Assembly (NCBI GenBank): GCA_951406725.2
Contig: OX597816.1
Span: 131,130,001 to 131,194,000 of the forward strand
Reading direction: 5' to 3'
Length of the DNA: 64,000 bases
DNA from: Octopus vulgaris
Taxonomy: Eukaryota
Shown here: positions 13,586 to 25,524 of the stretch, piece after piece
How the letters are laid out: each line of letters begins with the position of its first letter
Position numbering within the stretch: position 1 is the stretch's first letter
Notes under the pieces: generated by a model
What the model was told of the DNA's origin: nothing
Database searches by the model: none
The model's input: the letters and a program-made list of their open reading frames with translations, nothing else
Translations under genes and position numbers: made by a program

Positions 13586-13869
13586 TGCACTTCCACACAG
13601 TTTCTGTCTACCATCTTCATTCAAAAAGTATCGGTCAGTCCGGGTGTATAGTGAAAGACATCTGTCCAAGATGTCACGCAGGGGGACTGTACCGAAAAAC
13701 CACTCAGTTACAAAGCGAGCTTCTTAACCACGAAGCCATACCTACAGCCTGTGCCATACTTTTATTAGCAGCTCTTCTGATGGGTGTCGAGAGTGGTTTT
13801 CCCAAACTCTCGTGTACGAAACCGATTGGCAAAATCGGCTGAAATGGGTCTGTAACACTGTATTGCGTA

Positions 13870-14130
13870 AGTAATTATATGTACATATGTAAGTCACGTA
13901 ATCACCTGACCGACCAGACTAATAGGTGTTGTTACACATCGTTTTAGCCCTCGAATGATGCCATCCTGCTAGCTAGGCGAGCACGCCAACATTTTCCCTG
14001 ATCGAAAGGGGGACTGGGGCAGCGTGAACTGAAGTGTTTGCTCAAGAACACAACGCACTGCCCAGTCTGGGAATCAAACCCACGATTTAGCGATCGTGAG
14101 TACAACAACCTAACCACTAGGCTACACGCC
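13870..14130 (-). mobile_element. SINE family C (tRNA head GGCGTGTAGCCTAGTGGTTAG, TTGTGTTCTTGAGCAA domain); relatives 15308-15460(+) and 17480-17730(-)
   Basis: Clear box A (TAGCCTAGTGG) and box B (GGTTTGATTCCC / GGTTCAATTCC / GTTCGAATCCC). Confidence 0.78.
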
Positions 14131-14159
14131 CTCGTGTGTGCGCGCACACCCCTAGCCAC

Positions 14160-14325
14160 TACACATTCTTTATTTTCTCTCCTTGTTTCTTTCTGTGTTC
14201 CTCTCTGTGAAAGAGCGTAGGCTCGAAACGTTAAAGACTTTTTCACTTCCTGAGCGTTATACTAATACATCTGTTTGTTGTCTACACCACCTGCCTTCGT
14301 CTTTCATTTTTTTATGAACTCTCCC

Positions 14326-14330
<5 letters not shown>
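14160..14330 (+). mobile_element. PLE pseudo-LTR-like repeat with hammerhead-like remnant (related copies 11170-11300 minus and 31530-31600 minus)
   Basis: CTGTGAA-A-GAGC GTAG GCTC-GAAACGTT-AAAG at 14205-14236; the minus-strand copy at 11239-11276 reads CTGCCAA-A-GAGC GTAA GCTC-GAAACGTC-AAAG. Confidence 0.55.
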
Positions 14331-14362
<32 letters not shown>

Positions 14363-14563
14363 GTGTGTGTGTGTCTGTGTGTGTGTGCGAAGCTAGTTAT
14401 ATGAAGCCTTCCTTTACATGCTACTTGACTTCAGAAGCTACATGGATAATAAAGATTAAAATATTGTTTTCTCTCCCTCCCTCCCTCTCTCTCTCCCTCT
14501 CTTTCTCTCTCTCATTTTATCTAACCTCTGTGTGTGTATGTGAAAATATATACGTAAATTTAG

Positions 14564-14749
<186 letters not shown>

Positions 14750-15884
14750 TGAAAAAAATAACTTTATACATTAGTTTGTTCTTATTTGAGAAACGCTGTT
14801 TTCTTACAACTAATTGTTTTTAAAATTCCTGATAAACTTGCATCTTCTATGTTGATGTTTACTGACTGTAAAAATATTGTGAAAATACAGCCAATGTTAT
14901 CTCAAATTTTTTACTTCAATTTCAAATTTAAACGGGTTTTTTTTTTTTTTTGTCTTTTAATGGTAAATAGGAAAAAAATTAGAAACAGTATTCAATAATT
15001 CTTCTAAATTAAAAGTATACAGAGAAGTGAATAATGGCTCTCTGTTTTCAAATATTTTTCTTTTTGTCTTTTTAGCAGATAAGCGTTTTCCATTTGAAAA
15101 GACGTGAATTGTCGAACCAGTAGGGGTAACAACAGCCACTCAAGATGTTAGAAGTTTTGTATGTTGTCTACTCGCAACGGAATACTGCATCCACATCTGG
15201 TTCGCTGCAGCTGTTGCTATGAGCACGAACATTCTAGACAGCGGTTCTCAAACAGAGCACCACCTCGATACACTAGCACTTCACAAGGGAGCATCTATGT
15301 GCGCTATAGGTGCGTGGCCTAGTGGTTAGAGTGTTGAGTTCGCGTTCATAAAGCTGCGGGTTCAATTCCTGGATCGACCGGCGTGTTGCGTCCCTGATCC
15401 AGACACTTCATTTCATATAACTCCAGTCCATTCAGCGGTTATTAGTACCAACCAGCGAGATGGTACAGATCTCTCTCTCCCTCCGGCAGTCACATTATGG
15501 ATGTTTTGTTGGTTTTAGGATAAAGGGACCGATAAGGTACGACAATTAGCCAAAGCATGATACATGTTACCAAACATATTCGCCTGCGAGTAACGGCTGC
15601 TTATTATCTAAAAATTTAGAAAAACCAAATTAATGCTTGAGTGTCTTGAAAAAAAAAACTGTTATTCATAATTTTGTTATACAAGTAATCCTTAAGTAAT
15701 CCGTGTGTATGTATGTATGTATGTATGTATGTATGTATGTATGTATGTATGTATGTATGTATGTATGTATGTGTGTATGTGTGTATGTATGTATGTATGT
15801 ACGTAGGTACGTACGTACGTACGTATGTATGCCACGTGCCTTCACACACATATGCACGCACGCACGCATGCACACACAAACACA

Positions 15885-15919
<35 letters not shown>

Positions 15920-16443
15920 GCACACACATTGCATACACATATGCAATGGTTCTGGTCGGGCCTGAGAAGGTAGAATCTCATGTGTTGAGAGGCGGGCTTG
16001 CGTTCGAATTGGCATGATACTTAGTAGCTTCTGAGAAAAAGAGACTGTCAAAATAGCGACAGAAAATGTAGCAATGGTTTATCACCAATCAGTCGTATTT
16101 CTTTTGGATACATTCTAGAACTGGTCGTCAATGTATTTGGTTTTTGCGGTACACTGGATATTAAATAACAAATTTCTGGCGTCCACTTAAAACAAAACTC
16201 TGAAAATTCACAAAAATATTTGAAAAAATTTTGAAAAACAATTATCTTTTTACTGGTTTTAGTTCTTGGGTTGTACCATTCAAGGACACAACTACCTAGG
16301 GTTTTAATTGATCATATCCATCCCAGTATTTTTTATTTTTTTAAGTGGGAATTTTTTAACAAACAACAGAACTTGATAATCGGACCAATTACAAACACAC
16401 ACACATGCACACACACACGTGTTTTTGTATGAATGCTGATGGA

Positions 16444-16483
<40 letters not shown>

Positions 16484-16540
16484 CGTTTTGGGATTTGGTT
16501 TGCAAAATTCTTTATATGAGTTTGTGTGTTGAAGTATATT

Positions 16541-16788
16541 CTGTTGTTTCTGGGGAGAGTCATTTTCTTTTCGTGCCTTATTATAATTTAACACACTCAC
16601 CGGTAAAATTTCCTCTTATTTCTTATTTTCATTTTCCTAAAATAACGGACAGAGTCAAGACTATTGAAAATGTTGCAAGACGCAACAAAAATTTTAGGAA
16701 AATAAAAATAAGAAATAAGTGGAAATTTTACCGGTGAGTGTGTTAAATCATAAGGTACAAAAAGAAAATGACTCTCCCCAGACACAAC

Positions 16789-16790
<2 letters not shown>
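16541..16790. repeat. Fold-back element with ~100 bp arms between TA microsatellites
   Basis: CTGTTGTTTCTGGGGAGAGTCATTTTC...CCTAAAAT mirrored by ATTTTAGG...GAAAATGACTCTCCCCAGACACAACAG. Confidence 0.9.
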
Positions 16791-16858
<68 letters not shown>

Positions 16859-16868
16859 TATATATATT

Positions 16869-17130
16869 AATATCCTCCCGAAGAACCTGAGGGACCTGCA
16901 TGAGGTGGATGCGGATGTCTTTAAAGTAGGACTGGATCTCTTCCTGTCAGGTGTCCCGGATGAACCAACTTCACGGCAGGAGGTGCAGATGAGGGCAGCT
17001 GCATCGAACTCTCTTATGCATCAGATGGCGTTTGCTAAAAAGCATCCGTGAGGTAAAATCGTGTAGCAAACCAAATGGCGGTGCCCCAGCATGGCCACAG
17101 CTCATTAGCTGAAACTGGATCAAAATCAAT
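16869..17130 (+). mobile_element. CR1/L2-group LINE extreme 3' end inserted in (TA)n
   Basis: Peptide NILPKNLRDL...VFKVGLDLFLSGVPDEP...AAASNSL resembles C-termini of invertebrate CR1/L2-group ORF2; short 3' UTR with a stem-loop. Confidence 0.7.
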
Positions 17131-17141
17131 ATATACATAAT

Positions 17142-17213
<72 letters not shown>

Positions 17214-17332
17214 CATATATATATATAATAAAATAAAAGGCTTCCAAATAAGGAAGCGTAGTGCTAGAAACACAAAAAGGGATAAATTCATGAAGGGAAT
17301 GGAAATTAAAAACATTTACCATCTCAGCTATA

Positions 17333-17409
17333 TCCCAGACCGAACGGTTTCTACCTCTTTTTTAGCAAACACACAGAATATATTTGCCAGGCCAGGTTCT
17401 TCAGTGGGA
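17333..17409 (-). ncRNA. Type I hammerhead ribozyme motif, intact core
   Basis: Minus strand: TCCCA-CTGAAGA-ACCT...AGGT-A-GAAA-CC-GTTC-GG-TC-TGGGA. All three stems and a GUC site are present. Confidence 0.8.
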
Positions 17410-17752
17410 AGCCTTCGTAATCCTAGACGCACAGACTGTTAGAAGCACATGTAGATCTAACGGTTTGTATATCTTAACTTTTCAAAAGGCCAGAAGTTGC
17501 CCATGCATACCAGCCTCCCCTCTCTCACACCACTGATGCTATCCAAGGGAAAGGCAAAGGCCGATACAGCTTGGTACCAGTGATGTCGCAACTCATTTCT
17601 ACAGCTGAGTTAACTGAAGCAACGTGAAATAAAGTGTCCTGCTCAAGAACAACACGCAGCCCGGTCCGGGATTCGAACTCACAACCTCACGATCGTAAGC
17701 TCGACGTTCTAACCACTGAGTCATGCGTCTTCACACACACACACACACACAC

Positions 17753-17858
<106 letters not shown>

Positions 17859-19268
17859 GTATAGAAATAGATAGATAAGCAGCCAGAGATAGATAGACAA
17901 ACATACGGACAGATGGGTAGATAGATATGACGGACTTTCGCCCAGATTCCTCCAACCAACTTTCATGAAATTCTATTTATACGGTATTGACCAAACTGAA
18001 GCTATTGTAAAAGGCACTTGCCCAAGATGCTATGCAGTAAGAACGAGCCCGAAACCCGTTAACAGCCATACTTACTTATCGTATACCTTAAGGATTAAGT
18101 TATACAAGTAATCCTTAATGGGGTATGTATTTAATGTGCACACAATTTTATGTTCCTCGGTACCACATGTTCTCAAAGAATACTGAATCCCTTTGTAAAG
18201 TGTTGTAGAGTTTTCTACTGTAAAACTGTGGCTGCGAAAGGTGATGAGTTTTGGTGAACGGTATATTGTGAACTCAGAGTCGTTCTTGGTGCGAGTTCAT
18301 AGTATTTTTTACCAGTTGAAAGAGCCGAGATGTTCTGCGATACCCCGTAGAAACCCTATGTCGCAATAGTTGTGGGCACATAAATAGCTAGTTTGCCGTT
18401 TAAGGTATTGCTATTACCCCGGTGATCACGAACGGTAACACTGCAGCTCTGCTGGTGCAGCTGCGACGAACAATTTTGAGTTATCCCGACCATTAACCAC
18501 AATCTTGACGTTAAGCACAGGATGTTATTGCATGGCTTCTTATAGGAAAACGAGACAATTTTTTTCTGTAATACTGTTTTTATTTGCATTGATCTCCTTA
18601 CTCTCTTTGTTAAGAAAATATGAAGGGTACGCGATTTATTCACAAAAGACATAGCTTCCTGATGATTAGCATGAAGATGTATGAGCGATACGAAGGAAGT
18701 TGCTGAGCTCTACGGCAACAGAACATCAAGCGAAAAGCTTTCCACGTATCAACGGAAAGCCATTGCGTAGCTTTATCCTCGGAATGCTTCAAAATAACAT
18801 AGATAACCAGATTTATCTGTTTTAAACTAACAACAGTTATGTAAGCTCTGGATTTGAATCGTATGCTCTGAGAGTCCAAGAACGGGAAATATCAAAATAT
18901 CTGATGCACAAAAGAGACAGGAATACAGGTAAAGCAGCCGTTGCAGACTATGGAAATGACACCAAAGATGTAGCTCACTTCATAAACAACTGTCTGAAAA
19001 TATCATCACGATGTTATTTACCCGAGACAGGATGTAAGGAACAAAAACAGTACATAGAAAAGATAATCCTGAGCTTTAAAATCTAAATAGTTAGAGAAAT
19101 GTAGGGGACATATTTACCAATAATTTAAAAGAAAAATGTTGGAACGTTTGTTTCAAACATCTGAAAAAAATTTAACAACAAAATCTTAACTTAAACATCT
19201 AAGAACAGAGAATATAAAAAGTGGACAGTTGCAGAAACCAGCTGACTAGCAGACGTTAATGTAATATT

Positions 19269-19482
19269 GATTTCGAATTTTGGCACAAGGCTAGCAATTT
19301 CGGGGAAAGGGATAAGTCGATTACATTGACTCCAGTTTTCAACTGGTAATTATTTTATTGAGTTCGAAAGGACGAAAGGCAAAGTCGGCCTCAGTGGAAT
19401 TTGAACTTAGAACGTATAGACGAACGAAATGCAGCTAAGCATTTTGTCCGGCGCGCTAACGATTCTGCCTACTTGCTACCTT
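19269..19482 (-). mobile_element. SINE family A copy with an 18 bp TSD
   Basis: Flanked by AGACGTTAATGTAATATT (19251-19268) and AGACATGAATGTAATATT (19483-19500). Confidence 0.85.
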
Positions 19483-21650
19483 AGACATGAATGTAATATT
19501 AAAAGAAAAAAAGAGAGAGCATCTCTGACGAAGTAATGAGAAATCTGCAGATACAACGCGCATGGGATAGTAGAGCACTTTGTTACATATCTGTCTTGAC
19601 TTCTGTATTGAGAACCTGGGCTTCACAGCACCAGAAAGAACAAGGTTACCTAGAATATTACATATACAAGCCGTTAATAGAATTATAAAAATCTGTAGTA
19701 GTGTGTACACTTAAATATCAAAATTCTTATTTTGGTATTTTTGTGTAGTCATCAATTTCTTGATGTTCAGTACAGAGTTGTTCCCCTTGATATGTTAAAA
19801 AAAACATTTCAATATCATGGGTGATCGGAAAAATCGAAGGGAAAAATAAGTGTCCAAAGAATGATTGAAGATATCGAACGTATATATTTTTTTTTAGTGC
19901 TATGAACTCAGTAATAACTTACGTAATTACAACAAAATTGCTGCAAAAAACTGTCTCTCTGTAGACTACATAAAGAAAATATATATACTGGAACGAAATT
20001 CACCTAAATTATTTCATAACAAACCTATGCGATTAAGTGACATTTGTTTAATACAAAAGGAAGGGACTGGTTGTAAATTTATTCCCTAAAACATTACTCA
20101 AATAATAGTAAATAAATATATTCCAATAAACATTACACGCATCCCGACCGGTGACTTGCACACGTGACAGTTTTCCTCGGGATATGAAATAAGCTTGGAA
20201 ATTCCTATTAAAGGGACACAACTCTGTATAACGTACGCCAAAATTTGTACTGGCCATTCGCGAGTTGCGAAAAAATAACGTTTATTTCATTAACTATTCC
20301 CACAGAAGTGTCAAAACAGTCCCTTATGCAAAGAAATTATATCGATAATTTTCATCTTAATTTCCTCTTTCAATACCGAAATCGGAATCTATGATGCAGA
20401 TTCTGTAAATAGTACACGCTTTCCACCGCTTTCGAATTCAAAGATTTAATCTGGAGTTTAAAAAACTCCAGATCAAATTTTTTAATCCGAAAACGGCAGA
20501 AAGCGTAATTCGTGGAATCCTTTTGAAAATTAAATCACAAAGAAAAATAATGATATGATCTCAAACTGTGCGTTAAAACTGAAGTAATTACATCGTGGAA
20601 GAGTTATATAAGCCATTTAAAAAACATTAAGAACTGTTAAATTTATTTTCCATTTATTTTTTGAGTTGTCAAATTGTTCATTGCAACACTGCAGCCTGGT
20701 CATTAACACAATACCCTACAACTGTGTGAAGAGGTTGTTAATTATCGTTCGAGAAGTTACAGTGATACAGTATCGGTCAATAGAACGCAGTTATGCGGCG
20801 AAAATTTGGACACTACAGTAATTAAATAATAATTTAACAGTTTGAAATTATTTTTGAATGACTAAAACTGGCTTTATATATTCCATAGAAACACTCAATT
20901 GGTTACAGTCAATAAAAATTACAATGAATAATGTTTTTTCCATAGATCCTGTCTCATAGGTAACTCTTTCTTATGGCAATGTATAGTCATTCAGGAATGG
21001 GGGAAAAAAGTTTCACGAGATGCAGTGAAACCAGAAATCCGAAAGTATTGTTATAGTACTATATCAAATACATACAATGGTGGTGTCCTTTAAAAAATTC
21101 AGGATCTGAAAGCGACAAGAAAAGAGTAAATAATCGAATACTGGTACAAAAAAAGTTGACCTATTATCGGCCCCTCTAGAATAGCATATATATATATATA
21201 TATATATATCGTTACTATTATGCTAAACTGTCGTTGTTCAAATTTGGCCAAATGCGAATTTTTCAATATTTATTTTTGCTTACAATAGCTGGTTCTTTTG
21301 GTCAAACTATCGTATCTCCAGGTGCTTCAGATGCAAAGATATCAAAAATTGTTGAAGTGTAGTACAATGGTTTTGCTATGGAATGGTGAAATTATTTTTT
21401 CGTTTTCTGGAAAAAAACCAACGTTTTGGACTTACGACACTTTTGCATAATAGTAATGATGTGCGTGTGTGTGTGTGTTTGTGTGTGTAGTTGTAGGGAT
21501 GTTTGCCATGCGTGACGTATGTAACTTTACAGTTAAGTATAGACATATATTTACTCTGCTTCGCACATTAAGTTCTATTTCACCTGAGTGTACCACCAAA
21601 CTTATATGTGTATGTTTATAACAGCGTTATAGTTCGCTTGAAGCATTGTA

Positions 21651-21908
21651 ATATCGAAGAAGGGCAAAAAGGAAAATAGGAGGGTTTCTGACAATGAGGA
21701 ATGTGTCACAAAACCTTTATATTTCAGGCACAAAGGCCCATCCTCAGAAGAAAAACAGCCTAGGAAATGTCCACTTATACCGTTAGCCTATTCAAATTCC
21801 CCGGCTTGAATTTAAATTTGAATCTGTATAATTGGACATTTCCTAGATTGTTTTTCTTCTGAAGATGGGCCTTTGTGCCTGAAAGGTTTTCCTTTTTCCC
21901 TTCGGTAT
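21651..21908. repeat. Fold-back element with hammerhead motifs in both arms
   Basis: 21722-21780 is the reverse complement of about 21826-21884; outer ends 21651-21676 and 21887-21908 also pair. Confidence 0.85.
21714..21751 (-). ncRNA. Minimal hammerhead motif in the left arm of a fold-back element
   Basis: Minus strand: TCTT-CTGAGGA-T-GGGC CTTTGT GCCT-GAAA-TA-TA-AAGG; mirror copy CTGAAGA...GAAA at 21859-21884 (+) is truncated. Confidence 0.6.
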
Positions 21909-22449
21909 GTTTATGTACACATGTGTGCACATACATACATACAAACTAAAATACCCTGTTGTTGATGTTGAAATTCCAATGAAGGAGCCTTGGATCTATG
22001 TTAGAAACGGGTTCCTTCTCTGTTGGCAAGAAATTTTGAAATAAACTTAATAATGACATACATATATCATTGCATTTAATAAATACAAGGTTTAAATGTT
22101 AGCTACCTTAAATGTCATGCTCTAATTGTACAAAAATCAATAGACGGATGTGCATATGTAGCGTGCTGTGTAATCCTGCAAACATTCAGACTGAAAATAA
22201 AATATAGCTGTTCCTTGAGAAAAATCAAGAAAGAACGAGAAGAAAGAACTGGGGTAGAAAGTAAATGAAAAAAGGGAAACGGTGTGAAGGGAAATAAGAG
22301 TTGTGTTTCTTTGGTCTGTTTCAATGGGAATTGACAATAGTTGATGTGGTTAATTCGAAAGGGAACGATTAAAGTTTGAGATTGTATGTGTAATGCGGCG
22401 AGGATAGTATTCTCTAGTTTGATAACAGAAACTTGTCGAGATGCTTGAA

Positions 22450-22780
22450 TTCAGTAGGCTGCTGGCGTTCTCCTTGACACATTAACGTATGGCGCGGATC
22501 GTTCAATGATGCTCCACTTGATGGTGTATGAGGCATTTTTGACCTTCAGGTCCCATATATGGTTAGCTATCTTAATGATTTTCTTCTTATCTACGAGCAG
22601 GAAAGAAAACTGGTGGTTAACATATTTTTTAAAGTCACTTTCACAGAAACCAATATATTGTTTTCTTGAGTTTCGTTATATTGTAAAACTGATTTGACCT
22701 TTTCTTCGTATACCACTGAGCTAACCATGCCTAACTAGTCGACTGGGCAAGTATTCGTGTCTCTACACAGACACTAACTA
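22450..22780 (-). mobile_element. Penelope-like GIY-YIG fragment
   Basis: Minus strand gives CLCRDTNTCP, KQYIGFCESDFKK and ANHIWDLKVKNASYTIKWSIIERSAPY, with frameshifts. Confidence 0.8.
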
Positions 22781-22975
22781 ATTAAGATTGATCTATATGA
22801 TAAGTTGCTACATGATAGTATCTCCATTAAATATATAATTTCTTTATTGCCCACAAGGGGTTAAACATAGAGGGGACAAACAAGGACAGACAAAGGGATT
22901 AAATCGATTACATCGTCCCCAGTGCGTAACTGGTACTTAATTTATCGACCCCGAAAGGATGAAAGTCAAAGTCAA

Positions 22976-23095
22976 ATATATAAAAGCTAGCATAGATAGA
23001 TATAACGACGTTAATGATGAGGCTAAACTCCTTACTAAACGAAGTAAAATTGATGACAGGTTGGAAAGTTTAGCTAAAGGAGAAGCTTTCATAAC
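22976..23095 (+). mobile_element. Penelope-like pre-RT fragment
   Basis: VNDEAKLLTKRSKIDDRLESLAKGEAFIT resembles the segment preceding the FITLKDHK motif of PLE ORFs. Confidence 0.6.
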
Positions 23096-25082
23096 GTGTG
23101 TGCGTGCGTGCGTACGTGCGTGCGTGCGTACGTGCGTGCGTGCGTACGTGCGTGCGTTAGTCCCCAACCTCCGCTTGCCGGCTGGTGTCGGTGTGTTTGT
23201 ACATATGTATTCTACTGGCAAAAGAGACCGAGAGAATAAGTACCAGGCTTATAAAAAAGAAATAAGTACTAGGATCGATTTGTTCAACTAAAATTCTTCA
23301 AGGTGGTGTCCCAGCATGGCCGCAGTCTAATGACTGAAACAAGTAAAAGTAAAGTGTAGTAAAAGAATAAGTGTTATAGAGATAGTCTAAAATATGATTT
23401 ACAGATTCTTTTAAAAGACTGTTTTAAACTGGTGTCGGTGTAAACGCTTAGAAACTAAGGCACATCCTGTACTCTTTTGGAGAACAAAAAGTCAAATTCT
23501 TTTCGGAGATTGTTGCTCACAGCCGTCGTACAAAAGTGACGTAGCCTTGCGGTTTTTAAAGTCTTCTAACTCTGCATTCAAACTGTAATCATCCAAATAT
23601 ATTTTTATGGCATAATTTATTTCGAATTGTATCGTCTTTTTCAAGACAGTTGGGTGCATTTTAATAGAAAACTAGATACTATATCAAACAGGTCGAAGAA
23701 CACGATAGAGGTATTCCAATGAAATAATATTTTTAAAAAAAGAACCTATGTAAGGGAGATAACTTTGTCACTAACAAAATACATCAGCCAAATCGATATC
23801 ACATACTGTCGCTAGAGGCAGCGGTTCGGTAGAAACAGAAGATGCTACAGATTGTCATAGCAACTGAATATAGCGGTTACAATGGATAGGCAAGTGATTA
23901 GCTGCATCGGTTACAATTCGATTACAGTTATTTCCTAGAGCTGTTACACACACATATTCCTACCAAAGATGTTCTCGCTTTGATCGTCGTATTTTTTCTT
24001 TCGTAGCCCTAGTATATCAAGGATTACATCACTCAATATGTTTACGATGTTAAGTTGTAATTTGAGGGAGATCTAGCTGCTATATCTGCATTTGGTTGTT
24101 TTATCATCCAAAAAATAGGAACCAATGGTCCAACCATTTGGGCACATGTATGTATGTATGTATGTATGTATGCATGTGTGTGTACGCATGTGTGTGTAAA
24201 TGTATATATGTGTGTGAATGTGAGTGTGTGTGTACGCGCGTGTGTATATATTCTTTTATTCTTTTCTTTTGTTTTAGTTATTTGATTGCGGCCATGCTGG
24301 AGCACCGCCTTTAGCCAAACAAATCGACCCCAGGGCTTATTCTTTGTAAGCCTAGTACTTATTCTATCGGTCTCTTTGCCGAACCGCCAAGTTATGGGGA
24401 TGTAAACACATAATTAAAATGAGAATACTAAATTAATGCAAAAAAAAATATAAAATTGAAATTAAAAAATAGAAAACAAAAAATGAATACTAAAATTTAT
24501 TTTAGTATTTTTATTTTTATTATTTTTATTTTTGTCTGTATATTTTTATTTTAGCCTGAATATTTTTTATTATTATTTATTATCTTATACACTTTATTTT
24601 ATTTTTGTGCTTTTATATTTTATACCTTATATTTCATATATCTTATTATATTTAAATAAAATTATTAACACACACACACACATGCACGCACATACACACA
24701 CTCACACACACACACAAAATGAAACATATTTTCATCTACATAGTCTGTAGGAGTATCTCAATGGATCAACATGTAGTTTTCTTAATGTCCATTGGTCCTA
24801 AAGATATTTTATTCTAAATATTCAACATGCAAACTTTCTACAGCTGGATGCCCTTCCTAATGCCAATCACTTCGAGAGTGTCGTGGGTGCTTTTACGTGC
24901 CACTGGCATGAGGGCCAGTCAGGCAGTACTGGCAACAGCCATGCTCGAAATGGTGTTTTTTACATGCCACCTGCACAGGAGCCAGTCCAGCAGCACTGGC
25001 AATGACTGTGAAGAAGTTCATTCTGACTAGAGGTGTATAACATTGAGTAGTCTAGTTGATACAATGATATATATATATACAT

Positions 25083-25156
<74 letters not shown>

Positions 25157-25465
25157 TCTATAAGTTTGTAATTTGTATTGAGTGTGAATTGAAACAACTA
25201 TAGGCCTTCTGAAAAATGTTAATAAATTAATTTATATCGATTGAATCTCACCATTTTCTTACTTAATAATAGTTGATAATTATAATATACCTATTTTATA
25301 TTGAAGAGATATTTCTCAACAATATAATATAGTAAACCAGTGTAACTTGGATGAAACAATCCCCATAAGAGGTTTATATTTCCTCATAATGACTATATAT
25401 ATATATACTGCTTAAGTTGTCTAAGAGACCATAAGTCAGGGAGAAGATGCACTACCCAATCTATC

Positions 25466-25520
<55 letters not shown>

Positions 25521-25524
<4 letters not shown>

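Noticed and set aside
18880-19690. Possible R4/Dong-like LINE remnant around the SINE at 19269
   Set aside because: Only faint motif traces; too degraded to call by eye.
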